From NCBI GenBank assembly GCA_900088475.1, contig FLMG01000885.1, forward strand, positions 1 to 64,000: 64,000 bases of DNA. Reading direction: 5' to 3'. Source of the DNA: Hyphochytrium catenoides. Lineage: Eukaryota > Protista > Hyphochytriomycota. Made by a program: the position numbers and the translations under genes. Shown piece after piece: positions 34,529 through 48,299 of the stretch. Each line of letters starts with the position of its first letter. Within the stretch, counting starts at the first letter, position 1. The notes below the pieces were generated by a model. The model searched no databases. It was not told the origin of the DNA and saw nothing but the letters and a program-made list of their open reading frames with translations.

Positions 34529-36999
34529 TCAGTCTAGGAGTACTATCTCATCCCCATCAGCCATTAGTACATTCTCTCCCGCTTCTGCCTCCTCCCCCTC
34601 ACTTATTCCTCTTTCTGCTAGTAACCCCAGCACAAGAGGGAAATAGGTGGGGTCAGGGTATCCAAACGCAGTGGGTCCGCCATCTGGCCGCGTCTTGTGG
34701 AGGATGCCAGTCCAAATAATCTGATTGTACAGCCCTAGGAAAGGAAGAGATGAGACCTTTGCACAATGCGCATAAGGGAACAATATGTATGTAGGGATGA
34801 AGTACCAAAGAGAAGGACATGGCATAAGACCGATGACGAAAGAAGGAGGTATGCGTAGGACAAGCGTGCCAGTGCTGGGGGCATCCACCAACATATCAAA
34901 AGGTGGTTGTGAATACGCAGACCCACGAAAGATCCAGGCGAGGATTGTGTGCGTACGTACCACTTGTCAGTGATCGGCCTACGGAGAACGTCTTTCTTCT
35001 TCTGAAGGCTGCTTGGAAAAGCCTGAGGATGCGCCTTCCTTCCTCGCTATCTGGCAGGAACGCGATACGATAGGTGCCGTCATACCTTTGCCCTGCGTTT
35101 GGAAGAAATAGCGTTAGCTCTTTTTTAAGCTGCTGTCCTTCCCCTTCCCCTCTCCTTTTTTTCCGTTCCGCTAGTCGTCGCTAGTCCTTTTTAGGTTCAA
35201 AAGTTGCCTTCACTTCCTGTTGGTCTCCGCACTACCTGGATAAGGGTGTTCTGCCGTCTGGATGCCGCTTTTGAACTCATAGACGATAAGAATGACCCCG
35301 GCTCCTCGATGCCCGGGCAAAGTGGCCAATGATCTGGGCAGGAAGATAGAGCACATTCGCCCGTCGATTGGCTGATTCCCGCACTAAGTAATGGGCCACA
35401 TTAGGGTTTAAAGTGAAGAGTAAACTGAACTGGGGCCTACCCGTCCCACGCCAAAGAGCTTCCCACATAACGGACACGCTGTTCTATGTCTCGAGAGCAC
35501 CATAAGGCACTCCGGATGGAAGTAGTGACCATCTTCACAATCTCTCAGCCTTGGGACCCATCGAGAGGAAAACACTTAGAAGAGAGACGGAGAGCATCGG
35601 AAGTAAGAACGAAAAGGCTGGAACCGAGAGAAAGAGTCTACAGAGAACGAGGCGACACAACGAGTAGTAACTAGCCTTACTTGTAAGCCAGCCCCTGATC
35701 ATTAACTGGCGAGTCTTGACAGATGATGCAGACTCCAATGGCTTCTTCACTATAATCATCCTCTGAAAGAATGACGGGGACTAGTTCGTTCCTTATCACC
35801 TGCTCTCTTTCTTCCTCGCCCTCTTGGGCAAGCGTCACCTCCTGAACACATCGTTTGATTCTGCGAACTTTCCGCGTGGTGAGGTTGATCTGCTGCTCGC
35901 TACTTAGGTTGACGCAGTAGGAGAAGAAAGGAAGATGAAGAACCACTGCTTCTATCCCAAGGGCTCGAGCTATAGAAGACCAGAAAGAACATCATGAGTG
36001 GATGGTAGACAGAGCTAGTGTCCGCCACGTTGAGAGCAGAAGCGCGTGTGAGAGGGCGACGGAGTTAAGGAATGTCCCCAGCCATGAATGGAGCTGTTGA
36101 CTCATACCGAGCCAAGTGATCCGCCTTTGAGTTGTGACGGCCGTCATCCTTTATGAGAATGGTCTCACTGCACTACATCCCGCTTCTTTGTAGATCTCAC
36201 AGGTTCAGGAACTCCCTCCTTTCTCTTGCTCTCTCTCTCGTTGTTTTCTCTCCTTGGAATTATCTGATCTCACTTACCATCCTCCAGATTCTTGTTGCTG
36301 ACCTCGTCGTAGGGTTCCCAGCAGAAGCTACTGTCGGACTCGAAGACCCAGCAATGGCAAAGGGAGGAGACAGGAAGAGAAGAGACATCGACCTCCCGCC
36401 GAACCTTAGAGAGAAAGGAAAAGATGAAAGAAAGAGCAGGAGAGCGCCGAAAGAAGGTAGTCAGACACGAACTCTTCGAGTGAGACAAGAATAAGAGCCA
36501 ATAGAAGGAGCGTCCAGCTGACCAAACAAGACCGCAGACGACTCAGAGCCTTCATCAAGAGGTAGGCTACGAAGGAGACAGATACAGACCTGAGAGGAGG
36601 GCGAGGTGGGAGCTAACGGAGAGCTCGGTGGAAAGAGAGCATGCGAAGGTAAGAGATTAGAAGCGAGTATATGCCGCTCGGTGCTAGCATATAGACTGAG
36701 AGCCTAGTGCTCGAGACTCGCTATAGCGTCAATAACTTCGAGGCGCTATGTACCTTCCTCACGTATCCCGTCCTCCTGTTTCTCTGCTCCCACGACTGGA
36801 AGGAGAAGACATGCGATGGCTCCTGCTCCCGGTCCTCGTCGTCGTCAGGGGGATGCTGAGCTCCGTCGAGATGGATGAAGAGAGGCACCTCACTCTGACT
36901 GCCGCTCTGGAAAGCTGCTTCGAGGCGCTGGGCATTGGTAGTATCATAGGGGAACCAAACTCCATCCTCGCCCCAAGCCCAAGTCACAGGCCCAGGCAT
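34529..36999 (-). CDS. DTX: Deltex-family E3 ligase (WWE-WWE-RING-H2-DTC), 7 exons
   Basis: WWE1 WAWGEDGVWFPYD..LEAAF..QRNRRTGYVRK and WWE2 WVFESD..WEPYD..QINLTTRKVRRIKR. RING CIIC..CEDGHYFHPEC..CPLC. DTC GNQP..LPGH..GIQTAEHPYPG..RIAFLPD..FSVGRS..HKT..GYPDPTY. Confidence 0.92.
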
Positions 37000-37439
37000 C
37001 TTGCTCTCAACGTAATAACTCCCTAGGAAAGGTCCATCAGACCTGACAACTCCTGCGCCCTTCCCCTTCTTAAGGCCTCTTACCGGCTACTTGCTTGTTC
37101 TGTCGGCGCTCAACCACGGCCCACGTTTACCTTGCGTCGCTTCGGAGCAGTCCTATTCCCTCATGATCCAGCTGCCTCTAATTGCTTCTCGTCCTTCCGT
37201 CACAGTGGAAATCTGACAATGAGCAGCCGATGCCTTCACCTTGCAGAGTCGTACGATGAATGTTAAACGGCAGCACATAGACCTAGAAGCTTCCCCTTTT
37301 CCCTTCTCGTGCCAGATGAATGATGTTCATTGCGCAAGCTCTCTCTTGAGCTGCCTCCTCCTCCTCCTGTATAACTCTCTTTCTTGCTCAGAATTCTGTC
37401 TGTCGTTTTCTCAGCGCCCACACTCAGAACTCTTTCACC

Positions 37440-37580
37440 CCATGTCTCTGTCTCTCTGTCTCTCTCTCTCTCCCTTTCTCTCTCTCTCTCTTTCACTCTG
37501 TGCCTCTCTCTTCCTGTCTCTCTCTCACTGTGTCTCCCTCTCACTCTTCTCTCTCTGTCTGTCTGTCTGTCTCTCTCTCC
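37440..37580. repeat. (CT)n/(CTGT)n microsatellite
   Basis: Seen directly. Confidence 0.9.
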
Positions 37581-37798
37581 AGGTTGAAGAGAAGGAAAGA
37601 GTGTTGGTCACCATCGCCGCTACTCCAGGGGGAAGCCTGTCAGAGCTCTACTTTCTCTATTGGGAAAGCTCTACAAAATCTTCAGAATTGGGCTTTCTAG
37701 GCCCATGAACCCATGAACACGGCTGGAGAAAGCAGATCGAAGCCTATTATTGATATCTAAAGGCTTACTATAAACCTCAATGAGGGCCAAACCCTCGT

Positions 37799-40700
37799 CT
37801 AACTCGAGAAGATAACCCTGTCGCTCTGTTTGGAGGTTTTCCCTATAGCTCTAGAGATTCTTCCCTGAAGAGGACGGGGACTATTGTGCACTGGATTGGT
37901 ATCTTCTCCTGCTAATCCCCTTACTTCATCGTAATCCTTGGAGTCCTGTGTGTGGAGATAGGGAACGGCTGATTGGCTGTCCGTGACCACAGCTTGAAGG
38001 TCAGCAGGTGTGAGTGGAGAAGAGCCAAACGATCTTCTCTTCTTCCTCTCTACCCTGTCATCTACATGTCTTCTCCCCGAATAGTCCAGTACATCACGGC
38101 CCGAGTGGCCAGTCGTAGCCATGTAAGCCTCAGCTGCGGTTGAGTCTTCGTCACAACTGAAAGCGAAGCTGCTGCCAGAGTGGAGGTGCTGCAATCAATA
38201 CGAAAGAGAGAAAATCCTCAGTATGGAGCAAGCAAAGATTGGTTCAGGAACTGAAGCATTGATCGTCAAGCCTGACAAATTTTGACGTTGTCATGTTGAG
38301 CCACAACCAGAAAGGAAGAAATACGGATAAGAAAAATTCTGCGTTATCCAAGGAATGGTCGCCAAGGATGATGACACCTACCGGGCGGTGGTATCCTCCT
38401 TTTCTTTGGGCAGAGACAAACTTGTCCGTTGCAGTGCCTGCAAGACCAATATCGTCAACCCTTATGATGTCTAACGCTTCCTCCCCTTTGCCTAGAAGAC
38501 AATGTCAGAAAGGAGAAAAGGTATAAGGGAACTGAAAGCGAGACAACGGAAGTAAAATGCGGAGTTCTCCTACCACTCAGCCTCTGCTCTGGCTGTCCGC
38601 CTCTGGCCGGACCAAGGCCTTCCACCGGGGTCCCATCACTAAAGCCTCCAAAGCGAATGCCCTGTGGTTCTTTGGTTAGTCTCTGCAGTCTTGCTTCCAC
38701 TCTACCTGTCCTTCTGTCTACCCCTTTCCTTGATTATCTTCCCCTTAGTAGACTTCCCTCGTCTCTGCTTTTCCTCCAAGACACCCGATGTTAATCGTAC
38801 CTCTTGAAGAATGCGGTTTACTCTCGGCTTCCAAATAAACTTGTACTGGTTCCAACTCGAGTTATAGCCCAACGAGACGAATGTCACGACAGGTATCAGC
38901 AACCAGAAGCTCGGACTTGTCACTGCAGTAACAAACGATAGGGTCGGTAAGACTAGCATTGACCTAGAAAATAGCTTGGCTTGCCAGAATCAGGGAGTAC
39001 AAAGAGAGCAAAACTGAGACAGATAACGAAAGGAGATATCATGGAAATGGCCCGTACCCATCTGTTCAAAGATGCCTAAGTAGTCATAGAAGAGGTTGAG
39101 GTTCCAATAGCTTGTAACAGCCAAAGTGAGCGGGAACCACGCCAAGTTGCCCAGCAGCCAGAGAAGCATTGCTTGCCAGTGATACTCTTGCATGTAGAGG
39201 AGGAGCTACGTAGCAAAGGATCGTCAGACGCGAAAAATGCATAGTCAAATGATGGCGGCCGGTCTGGTACCTTGCAGTTTGCTACCCAGATACAGAGCGT
39301 GAAGACCACGGTACCAAGTTCGTACATCGAGGCATCGACTCCGGTTGCGTTGCCCGTGTCCTTGTACCCGAAGATAGAGAAGATTAAGACCACGCCTGCT
39401 TCATAGGCAGACGCAATGATCCACTTCCAGAATTTGCTATTGGTCATGGAAACATCGCCACCAGCGACACATACAGAGAGAGAACAAGAGGTAAAAGAGA
39501 GAGAAGGTGAGACAAAGAATAAGGATGCCCGAGGAGGAGATTGCCTGAGAACCGAGAGATAATGTTTCGCCGCTACAAAGTACCTATCACTTCCCTCCCA
39601 CATCTATGTCAGCAACGTTTTCTCCTTGACCTTCCCATTTGCATCCTAACTTACAGCTTATTAAAGTACTCGTCATTTGGTCCCGCAGCGTAGAGCTGCG
39701 GGTATGCAAGCGACACCGCGTCAGGAAGATCTTTGTCGAATACGCCCATCCAAATAACGGGTAAAGCCGTGTATACGACGTTGTAGAGCTGATAGCCCCC
39801 TTCATTGTAGAACTTTTGGCCCGAGAAGCCGTTTGCAAAGCCATAGTAGTACTGGGCCATAGTCTGTCGGACAGAGAAAGAGTCCAAGCGAGTCAGGGAA
39901 CCAACCAAACATGAGAGTGAAAATATGCGAGGGGAAAGCTCAATCCGTTAATGTTCGAGTTTGCCGAGAGCGAAGTGTATAAAGAACGGCTGGCATGCAG
40001 CGAGTCCGTGGTAAAACGGGAGGTAACAGCATTCTTCTGTCTTACCATGATTGAGTTCTTGTAGAACATGTAGCAGACTAGAATGGAGATGCGATAGTAG
40101 TTATGACGGCCGTGCACCAGAAGAAGCTTGCGAAGGAAGCGAAACTGCGCGATGGCATAGTCGCTAGAGTTCACGGCCTAAGTCAATCGAGTAAAGAACG
40201 GATAAAATCGCGAGAAGAAGGTTAATGACTCCCTAAGGAGGGAGGCTCTAGGTACTACCCAGGTGAAGGAGAGCAAGGGAACACCACGCCAGCTGCTGTC
40301 AAATAGCAGGCACAAAGANNNNNNNNNNNNNNNNNNNNNNNNNNNNNNNNNNNNNNNNNNNCGAGATAGCGACTGCGAACCTGCATGCCTTCTTGCCCGC
40401 TGATGCCTATTCCGATGTGTGCAGCTTGAATCATGGCCACATCGTTCGCTCCGTCGCCAATAGCCACCGTGCGGACGTTGTTCAGATTATCCTAGAAGGA
40501 GAGAGTTCTCAGTAAGCAATCCTTGTCTCAGGATTGTTCACCGTCAATAGTTCTTCTCCCAGATCCTCCTCGGAACTCAGCTTTTGCTCATCATCTCTTG
40601 CCTATCTGTCTACAACTTCTGGTCCTTGACGCAGCCCTTCAATGCCTTACCTTGACAAGACAGACCATCTCAGCCTTTTGCAAAGGAGAGACACGACAGC

Positions 40701-43700
40701 AGACAACTGCATGGCAGTACCTAGCAAAAGCGAGAAGCTCTTGCTGAAGATTCTCTTCCGTGATCTGTGAGGTAACAGCGATAAGCATAGACGAGACTGA
40801 AGGGGGCACCAAAATTAGGGAGAAATTGCTAAGCAAAGGATGATGATGAACTCTGTCGCCAAGCAAGGGAAAAAGAACAGATTGGAGGATTGCGCAAAGC
40901 CTGAATACTTACCAGCTCCAGAACTTCTCCGTCGACAACAAGCGCGAAGGTCGTTCTCTCTGTAGGATCCGGAATCTTTAGCTCTGCTNNNNNNNNNNNN
41001 NNNNNNNNNNNNNNNNNNNNNNNNNNNNNNNNNNNNNNNNNNNAGGCGTCACAGTCGAACAAAAGACATAAGCTACAAAGAGGAAAGCAAGAGCAAAGAG
41101 TTGAGGAGGACAGAAGATTTTGCCCAGCGTACCTCTTCTCTTGTGGTACAATCGCTGCCGCTAATGATAGCTTGCTCCATGTCGTTGTTAATTAGCTATA
41201 AGGGCAAGGCAGGAAGTGTGAGACCGCCTGTGATAATATACGCACAGATGAAGGAAGAAAGGCAGTATCCCGATGAAGCCAATGGGGCAACAGTAGAGGC
41301 AACATGGACTGCATACAACCACAAGAAGAGAGGCTACACAGTTGCACTCGGCTACCCCTTACCTGGCAAGCGTAGGCAATGTTGATGGCCGTTTCCTGCT
41401 TGTCGCCCGTGAGCACCCAAACCTTAATGCCAGCCCTATAGAACAAGAAGAAATGCGAGAACGAAAGAGTGGGTTGGTACATGGTACTAGGTGAGGCCGC
41501 ACGTATATGTGCGTCGTGGAACGAGATAAATAATCGGCTGACGAGACGAATGGGACTGCATCGTATCTTCTCCTACTTACCTGCCGAGATCATATATTGC
41601 CTGTGGCACACCTTCTTGCAGTCTGTCTTCAATAGCAGTGGCTCCCATCAACATCAGGTTTTTCTCAACCTCCTCCATCAGGTCATCAATCACATTGGGC
41701 TGTACACAGCGAGGAGATTTGAAACCTGATTAGTCACGCACCGGTGGGCGGAGGACTTGATAAACTATGAGGTAGAAGCCAGCATCGAGGCAGACCTGGT
41801 GTCCTACCTGTCCTTCCTTTCTCTTCTCTATCTCCTTCAAGTTGCTGTTGGCTTCCGCGTATTTCACACTCCACTGCTTGTAAGTCTCCTCGTCCAGCTC
41901 TCGGTAGCCGATAACAAGCTGATGGACACACACAAGAGCATAACACAACCGTCGGCATAGATAAAGGCGAAGCTTTAGGCAGACCAAAAGAGTGCTGCAA
42001 GTCATTCCATTCTTCGCGTTCAGTCGGTACGCAAATCTCAATAAGGTTCAGAAGGGTGATAACGTGACTTGTGAAGGCGGGGGTTGGACCTGAGCGGTAA
42101 ATAGTCCAAGCTGCATACTGACATACCGTTCTAAGCCCATCGAGGGCGAACTGGTCCAGGTGAAGCTTGGTCAGCTGCAGCATTTCAGGGAAATCTTGCT
42201 GAGGGTTCAGACGCTGGAACATAACTGTGTCGGCTCCCTACAATGAAAGCTCGTTGAGTAACGCCCCAAACTCCACTGATGATGCTGTCGCACTCTGTTT
42301 CTCGCCCTTACACTATTCTGGCGCGTCGTCTCCTCTTGCACTATTCTGTGCGTCCGTGTCCTCATCTACTTTTGAGCCGTACCTTGGTTAGTAGATACAG
42401 CTTCCCATTGGGATAGCGTGCCACCACGGACATGCGCTTCCTGGTCGAGTTGAACTCTAGCACCTCAAGTATTTGGAACTCCTGTACTTTGTCCTGCAGA
42501 TGCGTCAGCGTGTAAGACCAGGCGGTTCAGACAAACTCATCTACAGAAAATGACGGAACTCCAGCGAAACCTGACAACTCCTCGTTCATTGAGTCACTCA
42601 CCTGAATTTTGACTTTAATTCTGCCAACAGACCGGCCCTGGAATTGGAACCCAAAGAATTTGGCTGCGGCCACCAGAGCTTGTTCATCTGTGTTTAAAAT
42701 GGTTAAGGGTCAGGAGGCCGTACAGAGGACAACAATGGTGCAAGAACGGATAGAGTTACTGGAGAAGCGCACCACAGTCTTGAAGCCTTACCGGGCGAGG
42801 AAGCTGAAAGACGTGGCTCAGCTTCTCCTTCCACAACTTCCGGGATGACCGTATGGCACACCGCTAGACACGTGAAGAACTACATCAAGGGACAGAGCAA
42901 AGGGTCAACATGAGAGGTTTGGCTTGCCTGCGCTATGCGTCTTGTCAGCAACACTTACCGCTTCCACTTTTTCTGCCTGCGACGATTCACGGCTAGTGTT
43001 CAGCACATCCCAAAGCTCAGGACCATCAAAATTTACATACGGTGCTCGGCCTGGAACAGGCACGCCAAATATGGCCAAGGTGGCGGTGAGATAAGCGAGC
43101 TTATGCGCAATAGAGCGTCCAACAAGCGTGTGAAATCATGATGAGCAGTTCTTCTCCGTCATTAAGCCACAATGTTTCTCCCTATGCTTGTAACTGTTAC
43201 CTGACTTGTTGTTGCTATCTGGCGGTGGGACCTCCTTTCCTGCTCTCATGAGAGCTGCGCGACCGATCTCAGTTGTTCCCCGGCCGTAAGACACACCTAA
43301 GGAGAAGAGTTAAAAACGTCTACCCGCTTTCGGCCCCACTTGTACTAAAAGCCCTGTCGCACGTTCGACAACATTTATTCTCCGTCTTCCGCAGACTGCG
43401 ACATATCACGCCCCTGACGCCTTATTCTTGGCAGAACCATCATCGCTCTCCACCAAACAAGATAACTGTGTACCTTTACCCCAGATACAAGCCAAGGGCC
43501 TAGCTTACCATTAACAGAGCACTTCCTGAACTCCATGATATTGTCTGTGAGAGTACCGGTCTTGTCGGAAAAGACGTAAGACACTTGGCCAAGCTCTTCA
43601 TTCAGCACCATTGAGCGGACCTTGGCTGGAGTATCGGTTGGCGCGTGGTACATGTCTAGGTCCTACACAGGGTGGAAAGATGAGGATCTGAGTGAAGAAG

Positions 43701-46612
43701 AGTATGGAAGGTGCAGACAAGAGATCGAGGAGGGACAGTGATAACATATGACGCTACGAAGTGCCAAGGAGACTCAATCTAGGCTCATAGAATCGAAGAA
43801 ACTTCATGTCGCTGCCGTCTGTGGCCTATTCTTCTATCACCTACCCACATCATAAACATCGCCTGAAAGAACTTCGTCATTGCCACAGTGACGTACAGGG
43901 AAACAGGAACGAGCTGGTACATCAACAGGAAATAGTAGAATACGCCTCGAATCCAGTTGGCAACAGAAGCACCAGCAGATGGAAGTTCTTCCGCTGTACA
44001 GCAATAGAAGATGTACCGAAATGGCAATTGGTCAAACAAGGGGTAGGTTAGCAAAAGCTACACTCGTCACCCCAGGCAACAACTCCAGCTGTTAGTTTAG
44101 TTGAGGAGACAATGAGCAGTCATGGACCCCCTGACCCTACATATAGACATAACCCATCTGGAGGCAGGGCCGTAGAGAGCCCAAACACTTTCACAACAGA
44201 ATACTTGGGAAGAGCCGGGGGAGAGGGGAGGAGGAAGAGCGACAGTGGAACTAGAATGAGAAGCGCTTACTCCTTTACTTACGGATGTACCAAGTCTCTC
44301 CTTTGAGAAAGTGCGTGTTGGCGTAATAGACGTTGATAGAAGCCGCGATCGCGCAAAGCGCAAACAAGAACCCAACCATGATTAGGATCAGCTGATTGAT
44401 GATGTCGTTGATCCTGAGAGGAAGTGACGGAAGCAGTAGAAAAACGAATGAGTCGCGGTAGGTCCAGAAGCAAGAGTGGGTTTGGGATAAGCAAAATTGG
44501 AGCTTCCTTCAATCACTCTACCTCTCACTACTATTCTCTGTGGCTACCCTGTCATCCCCTAGATCCTTATTCATGGTCTAGCGTTGTGTGCGCCATTCTT
44601 GACCCTCACCTGCTCCACTTGGTAGGTGCCTCGCTAGCAGACTGCATGATTTTGGTGTCATTTCCGGTGTTCACCACGAGGCCATAGGCCCAAGGCGTAT
44701 TTCGTAAGACGCAGCCCCGCAGCAGAACATTCTTAGCGTCAACGGGGTACACTTGTCCTGGAAGATTCTCCAGTACGAGGGAACCAGCAAACTTGCTGCA
44801 CGAAAAAACAACTTGAGTTGGTTAGCGGCTAGCGTTACAATATTGTCGCTTTAGGTGAACTGAGCCGGCGACGATGCCCCTGATGTTTATAGAAAGAAGC
44901 GCATAACAGAAAAGTGGAAAAGCGTTCTTGCCTAATGCTCGGATTGGGAAGTTCACAGTTGATGTAGGCTCTCAGCTTCCGGCAATCCTGAGGAGTGATC
45001 AAGCTTCCCATGGTGGGCTCCATCGCCTATAATGACAAAGGTAAGCGGAGAAGACAATAGTACTTGTACACCCCAATATCCACCCAGAGAATAAATCCGT
45101 AACCAAGGGACAGGACATGATTACGGCCCGCTCTCCCGTGATGGAGACCGGAGACATCATACTAAAGACGTCAAAAGAACCAAACAGAAGAGAGAAAGAG
45201 GCCTTGATATCGATATTACCTGACGGAGCTTTAGGTTTGTCTCTCCGTCTAGACTCTTCGTCTCAACGTAGCAGATTCCTGCGGCGGGCTCCCCTTCGGC
45301 CTCACAAACGGCGAGTATCACAACGTCTGCTGGGATAGTATCGTATCCATGGATCTAAGATGTCACGGTCAGAAGCCAAACAGACATGCATGTGGCACAA
45401 GAGGTGGTCTAGCAAAGTAAGAGATGAACGGAAGATTGAGAACGACGTGGCAATTAGTGAAGTAGGTCTTGTTCTGCATCCGCGAAACCAGGATGCAGAT
45501 GGTGGTAGTGAACAAGGAAAGAGATAATGCAAGTCACTGAAAGCTCATCACGTCTTCACCTGGAGGATATCGCCAACTACGACCTCAGACCACTTTTTCT
45601 GAACAAAATGTGCAGCGTTGCCCTCTTCTACTAATACATGAGTCTTGGCAGAGTTCGCCTCGTTATCGGCTCTATGTCTTCTAACATCCTCCATCACCGC
45701 AAAGACGCCATCAACGAAAAGGATAAACCTGCAGAAGTAACGCAGTTAGTATACAATCCAGCGTAGCGCGCATTGCTCAGTGACGCTTTCTGCTTCTTCC
45801 AAACATGAGTTGCTATGCTATTAATTGCTTCTGCCCTCTCCAGATCTACTACCGTGAAGTTGCCCCGGCTTGTAGAGTCCTCATACGATACCCTATTCTC
45901 ATTTTCTAAGGATACTCTGCTCGACCCAACTGAGCTCGATATATACTTACGCCAAAACAGGAAGGTTCGTCGGTATCCCAGCTGTATTACTGATCTGAGG
46001 GATGCACTGAAGAACAGAGACCACCAAGAAGTAGGCATTCGCCAACTGTAGGACAGCGGAGAGCGAATGTAGGACGTCCAGGAGAAGGCCATGATTACCA
46101 CGAGAGGAACATTGGCAGGTTGAAAGGTTTCGTCAACTTAGACCCTGCTTTGAGCGTGAGAGTGAAAGAAAGTACTGCCCTTCTCACCTTCTGGAAGCTT
46201 TCCCAGAGAAACTTGGGCAAAAATGTAACGGGTGTGTACTTAGAGGTGATAATGATGTTGGAACAGAAGTCCCCCGTTGCATTCTTTTCGAGATTGTTGG
46301 CGTACACATATCTACCACCGAAACGACAGCGATGTCAGAGGCAACGGATGATAAGCAGCCACGCACCCCTTATCTTCATAATGTCTCCCTCGAACTCTCT
46401 ACAGTCCTTGCGTGCCCCTGGTCACGGCTACAGCCTCGCGACGTAAGGGTTTACCTGCTCTCAGCATCTTTAACAACACCAGTTGTTGGAAGAGATTTAC
46501 CGACATCCCCCATATCGGCATACCCAGCCACATCAGCACGCTGGACTCCGTTAGGAGCTTTGTCAAACTTCGGGCTGCCCCCGCTATCGGGAGAAGATAT
46601 GAGCTCCGACAT
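37799..46612 (-). CDS. P4-type ATPase (phospholipid flippase), >25 exons, two assembly gaps inside
   Basis: [108 protein letters not shown]. The start Met (MSELISS) is inferred. Confidence 0.93.
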
Positions 46613-48299
46613 GGTTTCTGAAGCCCTTGGGCTTCTTTCGTCCAGGTACGTCGTCCACACCTCTCCAGCTGGGTGCTGGAACCCACTCCAGCTAGCCAGG
46701 AGCTGCTAGAGGTTCTAGTTCTAGGCTCTATATCATGAGCGCGACGGGAATCAGAACTCAATTAACGAAGTTCAAGCTTCTTTTCGCGATTATAAATGCA
46801 GAGAGTTCAACGTACCTCATACCGTGCAGAGCACCGCAAGCAGTTAGGGTCACACTCCTCCTCGCGTGGTACAATGGAAGACAGCTCCCAGGGGAAGAGA
46901 GGGCGGGCTCGAGTGCGAGGTGAAGGCGGAAGAAGAGGATGGGACAGTGTTGGGAGAGTGAAAACGGAGAGTTCAGAAGAGAACCGTTACATGGGCCCAA
47001 ATTGATTGTCTGATGGTAGCATTGCCTGTGATCAACGCTGCTAGCTAGGGCTGTGCTCTCCTCTCCCCTTCACCTCTCCCTAAAAGCAAGATTGACAGCC
47101 GTACTGGGCTCTAAGTGCGAGAGACAAGAGACAGACCAGGGAAAGAGAATCTCAAGAAGAGCGTGACAGAGCTCCGCCCCAGTTCAGTAGTAACTCTCGG
47201 TGGTGCTGTTGCGCAAGTGACAAGCACACCGGGCGGAATAGGTTTGGATTTAGAGGGATATTGGGTATGGTGGTTTATAGTGGAGTAAATAAATGCTAAA
47301 ACCCCCATAAAGCATAACTCAGAAAAATAGTTTTTGGTCGTTCCAACCCTCACTCTGAATTTATTTCAGCCAATAAGAAGGCTTCTCGAGTCATATCTAA
47401 GCCGCTTGCGAATTTCTTATGTTTTATTTATTCGATAACAATCATCCCCTCAGCTTGTGATCTTCTTGTCAAGCGGAATATTCTTGGGTGGACAGGGGAG
47501 AAATGGTGCATCCCTGACAGTGTGAGAGCGGAGGGAAACAGCCCACAACAACGTCCCAGGCCTCCCCCAGGCTAAATGTCCAGGTACACTTCCTTCCCTG
47601 TGGAGAGCACCAAGAATCATAAGTCAGAGAGATACAGTGCAGACTGGCATGGAGCTTGGACATTGAGTCCTGGTTTGGCTGTTCTAGAAGAGGAAGTGGT
47701 AGTGGTGGTGATTCTGCTCTTTGGTTGATGGGTTTGATAGAGACCAACCCTGTCATCTCTCCAAGGCCCGTCTACATTTCGCACTTGTGCGGTAGGAAGT
47801 AAGTAGAGAAGCTCTCAACCTCCGTCTGTCAAGCAAGCCAATACGAAGGGATGGTTACGTCGCGTTTTCTGTGTTTGTGGGTGGCCTTTGGTTGGCCATC
47901 AACGGTAGATATTCTCGTACAGTAGAAGAGCTATTATTACTGTATGACCTTCTTGTCTGATCAGAAAGCCTGGTATTCTTTTCCTGAACAGCCTACGATG
48001 TAGAACTGTAACACGCGAGCCCAATCAATGACTACAGTCTAGGGGAAGTGCAGCAGCTGTAGATAGTTTCCCTTCCGCCGCCGGGGCGTTCTAGGATGAA
48101 TCCATGCAGGCAAGCCCTAATAATGGGTAAAATAGGGAGAGACTTGTCAGGAATCTCTGGCTGTATTATTAGTCCTACAGTACAGTCACGATTTGCTTAA
48201 ATGCTCTTCGTTATCAACAAAGAACTGCTTTCTAGCAGTGTGTCATGGGGCAGAGAAGACGAGGAGCTACACTTGTCTAGACCAACAATATGGTCGCCC

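Noticed and set aside
35401-35410. TTAGGGTTTA telomere-like word
   Set aside because: A single copy within an intron.
28198-36999. Nudix + Deltex as an ADP-ribose gene cluster
   Set aside because: The Nudix is DIPP-type (SRxGRxxQRY), not an ADPR pyrophosphatase, and DNAJC2 lies between them. Proximity is probably chance.
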